A stretch of 64,000 nucleotides of DNA. Origin: Gnetum montanum. Taxonomy: Eukaryota > Plantae > Gnetophyta. Numbering within the stretch: position 1 is the first letter of the stretch; each line of letters opens with the position of its first letter. Below, piece after piece: positions 27,532-39,629 of the stretch. The notes beneath the pieces were generated by a model that saw only the letters and a program-made list of their open reading frames with translations, had not been told where the DNA came from and made no database searches. A program made the position numbers and the translations under genes. The stretch spans positions 73,853 to 137,852 of the forward strand of contig MNCI01000291.1 in the NCBI GenBank assembly GCA_015680685.1, read 5' to 3'.

Positions 27532-29187
27532 GTGGCTTAAGAGATGGATCTCTTGAAAAGGGGACTTGTGCTTGGCTTGCTTAGGGGCAGGGACCCTAGT
27601 TTTTGATTGTTACTTATTGGTTATGGCCTTTGCTTTAGCCATGAGGGTTGCAAGGCACTCGTTCGTCCTCTTGTATTACCATTTGGTAGGCCTACCTAGG
27701 TTACTAATGGGATTAACCCTTGAAGGAGGAGGGACCAAGACATTGCCCACTATTGGGCTTTGGATAGGTGAGGGGTCATCATGTTGTGGCACCCTTATTA
27801 TAAATAATGGTTTAGGAGTTGTTGCAGGGCCAACTCATTATGGCACCTTGATGACGAAAGGTTTCTTAGTGGTTGTTGTTGCTGCATCATGCTAGTTTAA
27901 CATCTTAGCAGATGGTTGGCTTGGTTGCCAATTTAACATTTTAGAAGACAATCATTGCCAATTTAACATCATCGTGGATGATTGTTGCCAGTTTAATGTC
28001 ACAGTGGATAGTCATTACCAATTTAACATTGTAGTTGATGGGTTGTTGTTAGTTTAGCATCATAGTAGACAGGTTTAGTTGATGCATCAACTGAGCATTG
28101 GGCATGGTGACCGAGGTAGGCCACACACTAGTGGGTTGGACAGACACCATGGATGCCAACGAGACAAGTGGAATGTAGGATGCCTGAATTTTCTAGGGTT
28201 GGGAGGTGGCCCTTGCATGACCATAGGGTTGGAAAAATGTAATGGTTGCCTACAAGGAAGGTTGAATTGGCATGGTCACCATCTCAGAGAGGATGGGTGG
28301 ACTGAACCAAGGAGGCACTGTACTAGGAAGTAGTTGCTAGAAGATAGTGTAGAGGACATTCTCATGTTTAGAGTAGGCCTTGAACTCATCTTCTTCCTCC
28401 TATGAGGCTTCCTCGTAGGTTGTTCCTACATCATGCTCGTTTGCATGGATGAGTTGGAACAACAACTAGTGTTAGGACTTTGTGAGTGGGATTATGTTGA
28501 ACAAGGAGGGGTTGTCCTCCTGTCTGTCCTAGTGGACTCATTCATAGTCCCGTTTTACCTCAAAGTTAAGGCAATCCATTAGTAATCCTATTTAGATTTT
28601 GGCACAAATAAAACTGTATTATTCGTGGCTTAGTGTAACACGCTTTGGGTGGATCGTGATGTAAAATGTGTTAGACACTAATGTGCAAGGTTGATCTGGA
28701 TTCATATTTATCGATCGATTTGTGAGAGTTGCTATTTGCAAAAAACAACTAACTCTAAAAACTATAGAAAAATGACTAAGTCTGTTGGTAATAGAAAAAT
28801 GGCTAAGTGTAAAAATGTAGAAAAATGACAAGTGTGAAAAGTGAAAAAAATTCACTAAGTATGAAAATGTAGAAAAAAAATGCCAAGTATGGAAATGTAA
28901 AAAAAAATTCTAACTGTGGAAATGTAGAAAAAAGTGCTAACTATGAAAGCTACTAAAAATGGTTAACTGTAGTGCTACACTTGCTACACTGGAGCTGGCT
29001 ACACTCTCCTGAGCACCTAGAATTTTGGTTAAGTGTTGAAGATACACTTTGGCTTTTGTTTAGTGGGGTTCTAGGGGAATCGAAGATGGGGTCTAATCTA
29101 CACCAATTGGTGGTGGAGAGAACATGTGGAACAACAATTAGAAAATGCAAAAGGAAATAGCAAGGCCCTCCTTCTAGCATTAAAAAA

Positions 29188-30877
29188 TGATAATGATCAA
29201 AAACATTAGTGGCTAGAATCACCGAGGGATGAATGGACGCACAGGCTTAACCCTACCTCCATGTGAGGGCCTTGCTAGAAATAGAGGTAGAGCACCCTAA
29301 ATGGTCTTTTTGATCGAATAAGGACTTTGCTGATTGTAATTGGGATGGTGGGTACAATTGGGGGGTGGCATGGTTAGCTGAAATGCAAGTGCAAACAATG
29401 CGAAATGGTGCTAAGTGTCAAAGCGGTGCTTCATACTACTAAGTGTAGAGCATAGCCATGGAATGGAGGTGAGCATAGCCAAGGGTTTTGACCAAAATGA
29501 GTGTCAACCCATAGAGACTACTACTTGAGCATAATATAGCATGATGACACGTGAAAAAGTGTAAAAATACTCAAGAAAAATGTAATAAAATGCTAGAAAT
29601 GGAAGAGAGAAATGGAACACAACCCAAAATGGGAGTGTAGTTAATTCCAAAAGAGTCTTATCAAGTACATATTATATAACAGGAATAATGGGAGTGTAGT
29701 CATAGTTTTGGTGGTGTCGGGCCGTGAAGTTTGGTGCTTGCCATGATGAACCATGCTTGTTGGGTTGGCTACCATGATGTGCTGTATGGTGTTTTACAAG
29801 GCTGCAATAGGGTCACGGTGTACCATGTAGTGTAGCTATACCTCTCTACCAGTGTGGTGTGCTCTAGGTCTCATTAGATCACAATGCTAAGTGCCAAGAT
29901 GCAAAAATGCCAAATGCTAAATGAAAGTACCCACTGCCAACCAATGAAAAATGAAAGTCCACCACTAAAACATTAGGATGTAGGGGTATTTATAGGGCTA
30001 GGGTTAGCCCAAAATGTAGATTAGGTTCCATGTGGTAGTGTGGTAGGTACGAATACAAGAAAAATTTAGAAAACTTTCTAAGTTCAGAGATGACTAGAAA
30101 AAGTTCACAAATTTTTCTATCTATGGTTGCTACGCTTACCTTGTGTTATGCATGGGACATGGGACACTCCCTAGGGATAGGGCATAGGATGGACACTTAG
30201 AAGAATTTGGTAAAAATTACAATCCTTGTTCTTGCTACGCTAGCTATGCTTTGGAGCATAGTAGGAGGGGTAGCCTCAAGAGTTAGAAAATCTACCAAGT
30301 GTTTCTTGTATGCTAAGCTAGCTTGATAGCTTCTAGCTTAACACTTAGGTAAAACAGGCCATTGAGGTGTTGGCTATGCTCTAGAGCATGGTAGGGGCAA
30401 TAGGAACATAGCACAACACTTAGAAGATTCTACAAAACTAGCCATTTGTGTGTTGGCTACACTTACTATGCTCTAGAATGTAGTAGAGCATAACAGCTAC
30501 AGTGCCAGAGCATAGTAGCTATAGTGCCAAAGTGTAATAGCTATAGTGCTAGAGCGTAGCAGCTACAATGCCAAGCATAGCACAACACTTTAGAAAAATT
30601 TCTATAGCTTGTTTCATCATTCTAACACTTAGCTAAAATTGCAAAAAATTGGCCATTGAAGCTTACTATGCTCTACTACAGTGGAGAGTGTGGTTCCAAC
30701 AATTAAAAAAACTTGTAGAAAGTTCCATTATTCTAACACTTAAAAGAATTTTGCAAATCTGGTAGTTGGAGTTGACTACACTCAACAATTAGAAAAATTT
30801 GGGCAAAGTGCCATTGTTTTGACACTTAGCCAAATTTGTAGTTGAGACATTGAGACCCAGAATTTTGTGGTGTTTCA
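29188..30877 (-). repeat. 5' LTR of C
   Basis: Adjacent to the Tat-type PBS and homologous to 23111-24758. Confidence 0.92.
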
Positions 30878-31714
30878 CCTATGATCAGCAGTGCCATCAG
30901 TGCCCATGAAGAGCAAGGGATGCCTATGATCTATAGTGTCATTAGTGCCTATAGAGCATCAAGGGTGTTTATGATCCATGATGTCAATGATGTCCATGGA
31001 GCACCAGGGATGCCTATGATACATGGTGCCATTAGTGTCTAATGGCATCATAGAAGGTAAACATTGTAGGACACAACATGCAAAAAAGTAAACCAACACT
31101 TGTAATGGAGTGGCATGGTGGCAGGGGGGAGTGGTAGACAAAGTGATGGCTGTAGGCAAGGACTAGGAGGGTGGCGGGTGATGAGTGGAGGTGGTGGCCC
31201 TTACAATATGGGTTATGTTGGCCCCCTGTTGGTTGTCACAATTTTTTTATTAAAAAGTATCTGGGGATTGAGGTCAAACATGTGACCTTTTTCTTTTCAT
31301 TTAAAAAAAAAATTAAAAAAATTAAAATTAAAAGAAATTTTTTTTAATTTTAAACTACACATAGCCCAAGAAATGTTGTATCTCCCAAACTATAAGGTAG
31401 ATTTTGATGAAATTGATATCGTTGAATCTTCTTAGAGAGTAGTATGTACTGAGTTGGTGATAATACCATTTTGGTGGACTTAGTAATCACAAAATCATAA
31501 AAAGTAAGCATTAGATTTATTAAATCATTAATTAACTTAAGTTGAGACTTCCTTTTTACTCTTGCTAAGATTCTTACTATTCTTTTATAAATACATGAGA
31601 GAAAAAAGACTCTGCCCATCATAGCTTAATATCAATGGAAAATTAAAGGATTCCATTAGCAGAGAAGCTTGAAGATTTATGCCATTAACATAAAATATTT
31701 TAACCATCATCATC

Positions 31715-33818
31715 ATGACCCCAAAGCATTCTACTTAGGCTCCTTCTTCAGCTCCAAATAGCTCCAAATTAGTGTCCATTCTTTTTTACCAAAATAGTGT
31801 AGTTACTACTTCAAATCTTGTGCATGATTTACTTGGAAAGGAGGAGTTTTAGTATCTTACAACTTCACAGTTATCTGAATTACTCATCATCCTTGTTTTC
31901 AAGGCAACAAAGTTAAAGAGTTAATAATTCAATGATGCAATCTTTATAATAACAATATACGCATCACTTCCCAACTATTTTTTGGATCAATAATGATTAT
32001 TTCATTTGATATTTGAATAGCCTTAGGTTTTCACCAAGGGGAGGATCCCTTAATTCTATTGATTTTCTCCCCTAAAGTTAAATTATTTTGCCAAAAAGAA
32101 TTATCTAATTATGTTATTGATTTTATTGTTAACAAAGGCCAATTTATTTGTGGAGATTTCCTCAATGAAATTCACTTTGAATTATGTCAATTCATCCATA
32201 GTAAGATTTTGTGGTAGCAATACCAATTTTATGTTAATGGTTTTTCCATCTATATACTTCATGGTTCCATAACTAGTAGAGTTTGTGATTGCTTACTATC
32301 CTATTTTTCTACTTTGTAGAATGCTATGAGTGGAGGTGTTACTACCAAAAAAAATCCTAGTAAACCATATGTCATATGTTGTGTATCCTTGATCATGTGT
32401 TTCATTCTAAGTTACAATTCTTCANAGGATCCTCCCCATGGTGAAAACCTAAGGCTATTCAAATATCAAATGAAATAATCATTATTNNNNNNNNNNNNNN
32501 NNNNNNTTATGTATCTTTCTTCATGTATTTATTGATAGTGCAATCTGGGATGCAGAATGAATTGATCCAAGATGCACATATTTCAAGAGAAGGTGCTCAA
32601 ACTACATAGATTGAAGGTGCTAAAGGTTCTTCAACCTTTGAAAGGATTCAATCTTAATAACAAATCACACTTACCATCTTCAAGGTATGTGTGTGTGTGT
32701 GTATAGTCTAGTTTATTTTCTTATTTACTTTTCTAATAAAATCCTTTTTATAGAGGTAATGTAATGGGCAAGGTTTTGGTAGCCCCAGAGTTGTAAGACA
32801 AAAAATTCAACAACAAGCTCAACAAAAAAGTACATGATAGGATAAGAAAAAAGAACTAGAGGTAAGTTTTAATTATTTTAAGGTTTTAATACTTCCCTTT
32901 TCCTCATATTGTATGATGTTGATCTTGTTTGTGTTGTAGATGTCTCTGGATCAGAGGTACTTTATCCAAGAAATGGAGAGAGATGATGCAGGCACCAATT
33001 CTAAATAGACTCCTATTTCTTCATCTCCAATTTCTCCATCTAAATCACTATGCATGTCATCAATTTCTATGATGCTAGGTTCCTTTCCATAGGAGGCACA
33101 AACACTATCTTCCAGATCTTTTCTAGTAATCCATTCTTTCTTTATCTTAGGTTTCCTTTATTCATTAGGATAGTGGCAGTTGCCAAAGAAAAAATTGTGC
33201 TACTTTAGTGGGCCAACGAATTTCTAGTAGCAAACCTTATTTTGTTCATGAGAATGTTTACCACCTATGGGATTCCTAGTCATGCAACTTTAAGGAAAAT
33301 TATGAATTAGTATAGGTTGGTGTTCCATTGTCTTTCCATTCAATTTCCAAGGATGCTCTAGAAGTTGTCAAAGATCTGGAGAAACTTTTAGGAGTATTGG
33401 ATAGTGCTACATGCCTAGTTTGCCATATGTAGTCCCACAAACAATTTCTTCATATTAATAATGATTAGCTTCTAGTGAGTAGTTCTTATTCTTTTCTCTT
33501 CTCCTTTTCTTCTTTCTATTTAATTTTTTTGTTCATAACTCAAAATTTAAATCTTTTTTTATGTAGAGAAAAGAGAAGGAATGGAAAAAAGACATGGATG
33601 ATTGATCAATTTAGATGGAGATGTTGAAAATCCAACTTAAGAAAAAGGAGGAATCAATAGCTATAACAAGGAGCACCACTAAATACATCAAACAATTGTG
33701 TGATGGGTTGATAAGATGTAAGGTGGTGCTCAGCAAAAGGGATGATAATGATGAAGAACAAGAAGCATAGTTGAAGATAGTCTACGATCTCCTTGACTCA
33801 TTCCATCAAAGTAAATGA
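31715..33818 (+). pseudogene. Decayed multi-exon accessory gene, antisense to element B, with a coiled-coil-like C-terminus
   Basis: TATAAATA at 31586 and ATG at 31715. Introns 32685-32753 (AG|GTATGT..TATAG), 32862-32939 (AG|GTAAGT..TGTAG) and 33475-33566 (GTGAGT..TGTAG), plus an acceptor at 32538. The exons read as plausible protein if C>T stops are reverted; TGA at 33816-33818. Confidence 0.7.
32487..32506. other. Assembly gap (20 N)
   Basis: Run of N, with an additional single N at 32425. Confidence 0.99.
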
Positions 33819-33986
33819 TCAATGTTTTCTTATTCCTTTTATTTTACATCTACCCTTTTCTTGCATTTCACTTGTTCTTTGACATGTATTCTTCTTGGAT
33901 GTACTTCTTTTTTTATAATAATAATAAATAAAATAACATTTTTCTTCCACTTTGGATCCTAAATCATGGTTTTCTTTGATATAAAA

Positions 33987-34487
33987 TGTAACATCCCATT
34001 TCCAGATAATGTCATAAAAACACAATTGCTTAATTTATCGCATTATTAAGTAATACAATGGAAACATCATAAAATACTTAATAAATGAATTAACTGGTAA
34101 ATGAATAACCAGTACTCATAATAGGAAGAGAAAATGGAAAAATTTTATTAATAAGAGAGAGTAGTATAATGCCCTCTATGTTATATTCTCATGCCACTTA
34201 AGAATTAGAGGTAATCTAGCACTATCATTATGGTTAGTCTATCCAGCCAAAGGGGTGATCAATCTCTTCTTGTTTTGCTTCACCTAGCTCCCGTTACTTC
34301 TCTTTCTAGGCTCTACAACTCCATGCCAGCATGACCTCTAAACCTAGCCTTAAATGACATAGGTCAAACCTATTCCAAAAGGATACATGAATAATCATAA
34401 CTCCTCACAACAAGGCACCCCTGCATTTCAATGTTAATTACATTATTACAATTTGTTTCCAACTTTAACAAGGGATGGCATGTTATA
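33987..34487 (-). repeat. 5' LTR of B
   Basis: Runs TGTAACATCCC...GCATGTTATA, with the decayed Met PBS TCTTTGATATAA immediately left of it. Confidence 0.92.
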
Positions 34488-34496
34488 GGGAGAGAG

Positions 34497-35004
34497 TGTA
34501 GGAAAACATACCTTGTTGGTGGATTAAATATTGTTTCCCTTTGAAATGGGGCTTGGAGGAGTATGGAGATCCTTATGGATTCCATGCTATCTTAAGCATC
34601 ATATAAAGAACTAAATAATACTAATTCCTTTCTGTACTATATTACAAGGATATGTAGGCTTATAGAGAAGATTTGGCTCTAATACTTAGATCACCACCCT
34701 TATCTACAAAGTGGGGCTTAAGGCTAGATATGTTAGAGTGGGAATGCATCTTGGCTCTTTTAAGCACATGATGTATTATGCTTATGTTAGTACTCTTGAT
34801 GTTGCTTATATGATTATAAAGGTGTTCTCATGATTCTCCTAATCCTAGACTAATGTGTGGTATATGAGTTGTATGCTTATGCTATGTTTACAAGTTCTTG
34901 AGGACGTTGAGGTGTAGCCCATTTCGAGTTTGCTTTGAAATATTTGTCTACTTTGGAACTCTTGGTTGGTGTCAAGTAGTGCTTCCTAGAGAAATGTCAT
35001 TACA
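34497..35004 (+). repeat. Probable 3' LTR of an older plus-strand chromovirus whose PPT was split by B
   Basis: Removing B gives TTTCAAGAAC..TTAAGTGGGAGAGAG|TGTAGG, a Tekay-like PPT-LTR junction. The candidate end is GTCATTACA; no partner LTR was found. Confidence 0.45.
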
Positions 35005-35384
35005 ACAACTACACTACAACACATCCTATTATTCATCTTTGAGAGATGTCACTCCGAAACTAAACAAGAAAGAACCTAACTATCTAATATCTGTATATGT
35101 ATAATGAGATCTTATCCCAGTGGTATAGGTCCTGGTGTGGTAACCCTAGGTCATAAGTTTGATTCTACTAGGTAGCACTAAGTTATAAACTTCTATAAAT
35201 CTTGGTGTGTATCTCTATTTTACTTATTTTAGGTTCCAACACCCTTCCAATGAATTATATATGTATTACCCTCTACATCTCCTAATAAGAAATAAAAAAT
35301 AACCTAACAACCTCATATATACTAAATTCTATACAAAATACCCATCCCTCCCCTTTCTTTCTCCATCCCACCACACCTTGCATC

Positions 35385-37670
35385 ATGACTAATCTAAGAA
35401 CTATCCTAACAACTATATCCCAATATCTCCATCCTTAAAAGGGAATTTTTTCTTCCCTTATAAATATTCTTGCATAGTTTTGAATCTACAATTAGTCATA
35501 TGTGGAAAATAATTATTCAGGGTGCAAACTCATTAAATAACTATTTACTATATGGCTTATATACCCATACTTAAATAATACTATTTTCTCCTATAAAAAT
35601 TCTTCCACATCCTTGAACCTACGATTAATGACATGTTTAAAGAATAAAAAAAAACATGCATCTTATATCTAAAACAAAATTTCCTAGACAACATTAAGCT
35701 TATCATTGAAGAATAATTTAAAAAAAAAATAATGGAAAAAAGCAAACTTCTTAAGCAACCTTCAAATCCTCTTACCCCCAAACATAAAAAATTAAAAATT
35801 TTCTTTGTACTATAATCCATAAATGCTCATGATCAAAGATTTATATATGCACTATTCACTACATCCCCTAACAAGAAACAAAAAACCATCCTATTATAGC
35901 CCCTACTATTGACTTTTTGAAATGTCATAGATAAAAGAGAGAAAAAAATTCTAATAATCTAGTATATACTATAATTTCTATACTGAGTACTCAACTCTCC
36001 CCTTGGTTCCTCCGTCCCATTCCATCACCCCACTCTCACACAACTAACCTTAGAACTATCCTAATAACTATACTCCAATACCTCCATCCTTAAAAGGGAT
36101 TTTTTTTCTTCTACTCCAAATATTCTTGCATAGTTTTAAAACTATAATTATTTAATTCTTTCTTCATTCTACTTGTACTGCTGATTACAGTTAGTCTTTG
36201 GTGAGAAGTGAATTCTTGAAAAAGTGGTTCTTTCTTTTGTTATTAGCTTAATTGTAATGGTGAAATCTTGAGTAGGAATCCCTATTGTTCAATCTTTTCT
36301 TTCTTGTTATTTTTATCTATTTTGTCAGATGCTACTTGTATAATTTTTTTTTTACCATTTCTATCTAGTTTGTCAAATGCTTCATGTGTATTTGATGCTT
36401 TATTTTGATTAAAAAAACTTTTTTGGAATCCCGCATCCCCTAAAGTTCCATGTTTTGTCAAGTTATATGAATCTTTCATTTATTTTTAAGAAATTTAAGC
36501 AGGAAATTATTAGTCTTCTTAGTTCCATTAAGCACATGGAGTCTATTTCCATAGCTTTTGATTTTTGTAGACATTTTCTTATTAAAATTAGTATTAAAAG
36601 TAAAATGAAAAACTAATATTTAGCCAATTAAATATTATAATATTTCTAATTTTTACAACTTTTTTCATCATGAAGGACATTTATTTGACACATCATTTTC
36701 TACTCTAAGGAAAAGATTTTGAAAAAAGGAAAAAAAATGTTAAGTTGAAGATAGAAAAAAAAAACAATATAAATTTGAGGATATAAAAAATTAAGTTAAT
36801 ATTGATGATAAGAATAAATTACAATACAAAATTAGAAGAAGAAAAAAGCTCCTATGTATATTTGTTCTAGTATTAATGAGAGTATTAGGAAGCTTGGAAA
36901 GATAGCTTGTAGTGCAAATTTTCCCATGTCAAATAAGAATACCATTAATTCAAAGGTTAAAACTAGTGTAAAGAAGAAGAGTATAATTGATGGTAAAGAT
37001 TCTTGATATAAGATCATTACCAAGAAATGAGGTAAAGATCTTTTACAAGTGGTATCACTTTCTTGCATTAACACAAATATTAATATTAAGACACAACTCT
37101 CTATCTTGAATTCTTTTACTATTTTAATTTCAAGCATGGATGTTCAAAAGTAATGTAAATTTTGTTAAGACTATAATATTTCTTCCTACTAACAATTAAT
37201 TTTCTTCACTTATTTTTTAAAGCATCAATTATAAGGTCGTACACCTAGTAAATAGTCCTAAAATTAAAAATTTTTTTCTTTTCATATTTCTTTTTGGATA
37301 ATGTCTACTCAATGTTAAGATTTTGATGTGCTTTGAATTTTCTTTGTTTATTATTAATATTTTTTTGGAATTTGATATCCCCCTAAATAATATTTTTTCC
37401 AATTTAAATTCTTTTACATCCTTGAACCTATGATCGATGACACGTTCAAAGGATAACAAAGAAAGAAAACATGCATCTCACATCCAAAACAAAACTTACA
37501 TAACCTTGAGCTCATCATTTAAAAGGAAGCTAATAAAAAATAGTGCGATTCTTAAGCAACATTGAAATCCTCTTATTTCCAAATGGAAAAAAATTGAAAA
37601 ATCCACTATGTACTATATACCCCATGAATACACAGGGTATTAATCATAATCATATTTGCACATTCACTTA
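35385..37670. repeat. Two dispersed direct-repeat pairs: ~35385-35495 with ~36045-36150, and ~35595-35860 with ~37405-37670
   Basis: Shared strings such as CTCCATCCTTAAAAGGGA..AAATATTCTTGCATAGTTTT and ACATCCTTGAACCTA..AAAACATGCATCT. Confidence 0.7.
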
Positions 37671-39629
37671 TAGCCTCAGTAATTTTATGATGCATCAAAA
37701 TCTACTTCCTATGATTTTTTGTAATTCTCTTATATTGAAAGTCTAATTTAGGCATGTTTTGTAATTTTTTAGAAAATTATATTGCAATTGTGGGGGTTTC
37801 GAAAAATATGATTAAGGATTTTTACAAATTCACTTTTTCTTTTAAAAATTAGAATATTTGATTTAATGATATGCCATTACCTCTATTACCTATTAATATT
37901 TTTTAATATATTTAATTATATGTTGGGATTTTTGACATCTAATTTATGTATGTTTTACATTTTTTCAACAATTATTGCTAAGATTTTAAGATTTTTTAAT
38001 TTTAAGATAAATTGTGATTTTTTGTTTGATGATATACAAGAAAATTGAGGTTTTCCATTCAATGATTTGTAATTTTAAGAATATTTTGAATCTAATTCAT
38101 GAATGTTTGACATTTTTTTGGAAAATTATTTTCAGGATTTTGAGTTTTTCCAATTTTATAATCAATTGATGTTTTTCATTTGATGATATGCAACCAAATT
38201 AGGGTTTTCCATTTAATGATTTACAATCAATTTATGTTTTGTTTTCTTAAATTAAGGATCTTTTATTTAATAATTTATCATTTCCTATAGACTTTTACAT
38301 CCATGTATAAACTTTGAAATTCTCTAATGTATTAGGTGTTTTTGATTTAGTGATACATTAAGATTTTAAAAATCTAATTCAAGTATGTTTCTTTTTTTTT
38401 TCAAAAAATCATTTTTAGGAATTCAAGGATTTTTAATTTAATGATATATTAAGATTTTTTATTTAATCATATATAAGAAGATACAATGCTAGAGATATAT
38501 ATACTAAGGGATATATATTGGTAGGCTTGTGCTTATGCATTAGATGATGCTAGTCATGCTTTATTTGAAGTAGCCTTATAAAGTTTATGATCATTTGTTA
38601 TGATGATATTTTTATGCTTAGTTATGCTTAACCTAATAGTTGATGTGTATCTACTTTGATATATATATATTCAAGTTACAACTTTTATTCCTACTTTCAT
38701 GGTTATGGCTCATGTGTTTCTTTCTAATAGTACAATGATTTTTACATATCTTGTTCAATGTTTCAATTTTTTCATGATTTGATAGCATTAATAACTTGAT
38801 TATGTTCTTAGATTGTTGTTGACTAAGGGTCTAAGTAGTAGACAAACATAATTCTTTCTTGGCCTTAGTTAAGGAGGTGGGTTTTACATGTATTTGGGTT
38901 TTTATCTTCACAAGGTTTAAGCTTCAAAACTCATTGAAGTTATTAGCAAGCTATATCTCTAATGCTCATCTTGTAGTGTTTGAATTTAGAAAATAAAATA
39001 ATAACCAAGTAACACAATCAAGCAAGCAAGTCAACAGATGCAAGAAATCTTATACATACCCCATGTACTTTAACCAATCCTGTACATGATACATGTTTAT
39101 TGTAATTCTAGCAAGGTTAGTGCACATATGCTTAATAAAATAATAATATAATTCTAAAATCTCAATAATGAAATAACATAAATATAAATATTAATTCTAT
39201 GATACACATGTTAATATGATATTAATCACTCAACATAATCAAATACATATCCCATAGCTATTTCAATACCTAACAAATAAGTTAGATACCACACATCAAT
39301 GCAAGATTTAAATCATTGAACATATCAAAACAAGAGAAGATAATTTACAACATAAGTGTTACATGTCATAACAATCATCTTTTATAAGAAACATTACGAG
39401 TTTAATACATACGTTTGATTATAAGTGTGGTAGTAGTCGTATAGCCTTGTAATGAAACTTTTATAATGTGCCAATAATGTATTAATTTTATTTATTAATA
39501 AAATTGAAATTTAAATTTAGATCCTTTAAATATGCATTATATAAATAATTTATATAAGAAAGAGAATAAGTTAAGTTGGACTAATCAAGCAATTGAGATT
39601 CTTTATTTAAAAGTTAAGAATAAAGTATC

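Larger units (their letters stand above)
23111..30877 (-). mobile_element. Tat/Ogre-like non-autonomous LTR element C (protease present, no RT/RH/INT), nested in B
   Basis: LTRs at 23111-24758 and ~29188-30877 (TGTAATG...TGTTTCA). PBS reverse complement GGCCCTCCTTCTAGCATTA at 29164-29182 and PPT AAAGAGGGGCC at 24761-24771. Decayed TSD CTTGT/CCTAT. Confidence 0.9.
16694..34487 (-). mobile_element. Tekay/Del-like chromovirus B (full-length, decayed) with nested element C and an extra antisense gene
   Basis: LTRs at 16694-17205 and 33987-34487, with perfect TSD GGGAG (16689-16693 and 34488-34492). PBS remnant at 33973-33984 and PPT-like tract at ~17210-17220. Domain order is gag-PR-RT-RH-INT-chromodomain. 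Confidence 0.92.

Noticed and set aside
32426-32486. Inverted copy of 31989-32048 suggesting a hairpin locus
   Set aside because: It is bounded by an N and a 20-N gap and is nearly identical to its source, so it is most likely a contig-end assembly artefact.
35012-38978. Possible CACTA element (CACTACAA...TTGTAGTG)
   Set aside because: Only an 8-bp match, the 3-bp flanks disagree (CTA vs TTT), and there is no transposase remnant.
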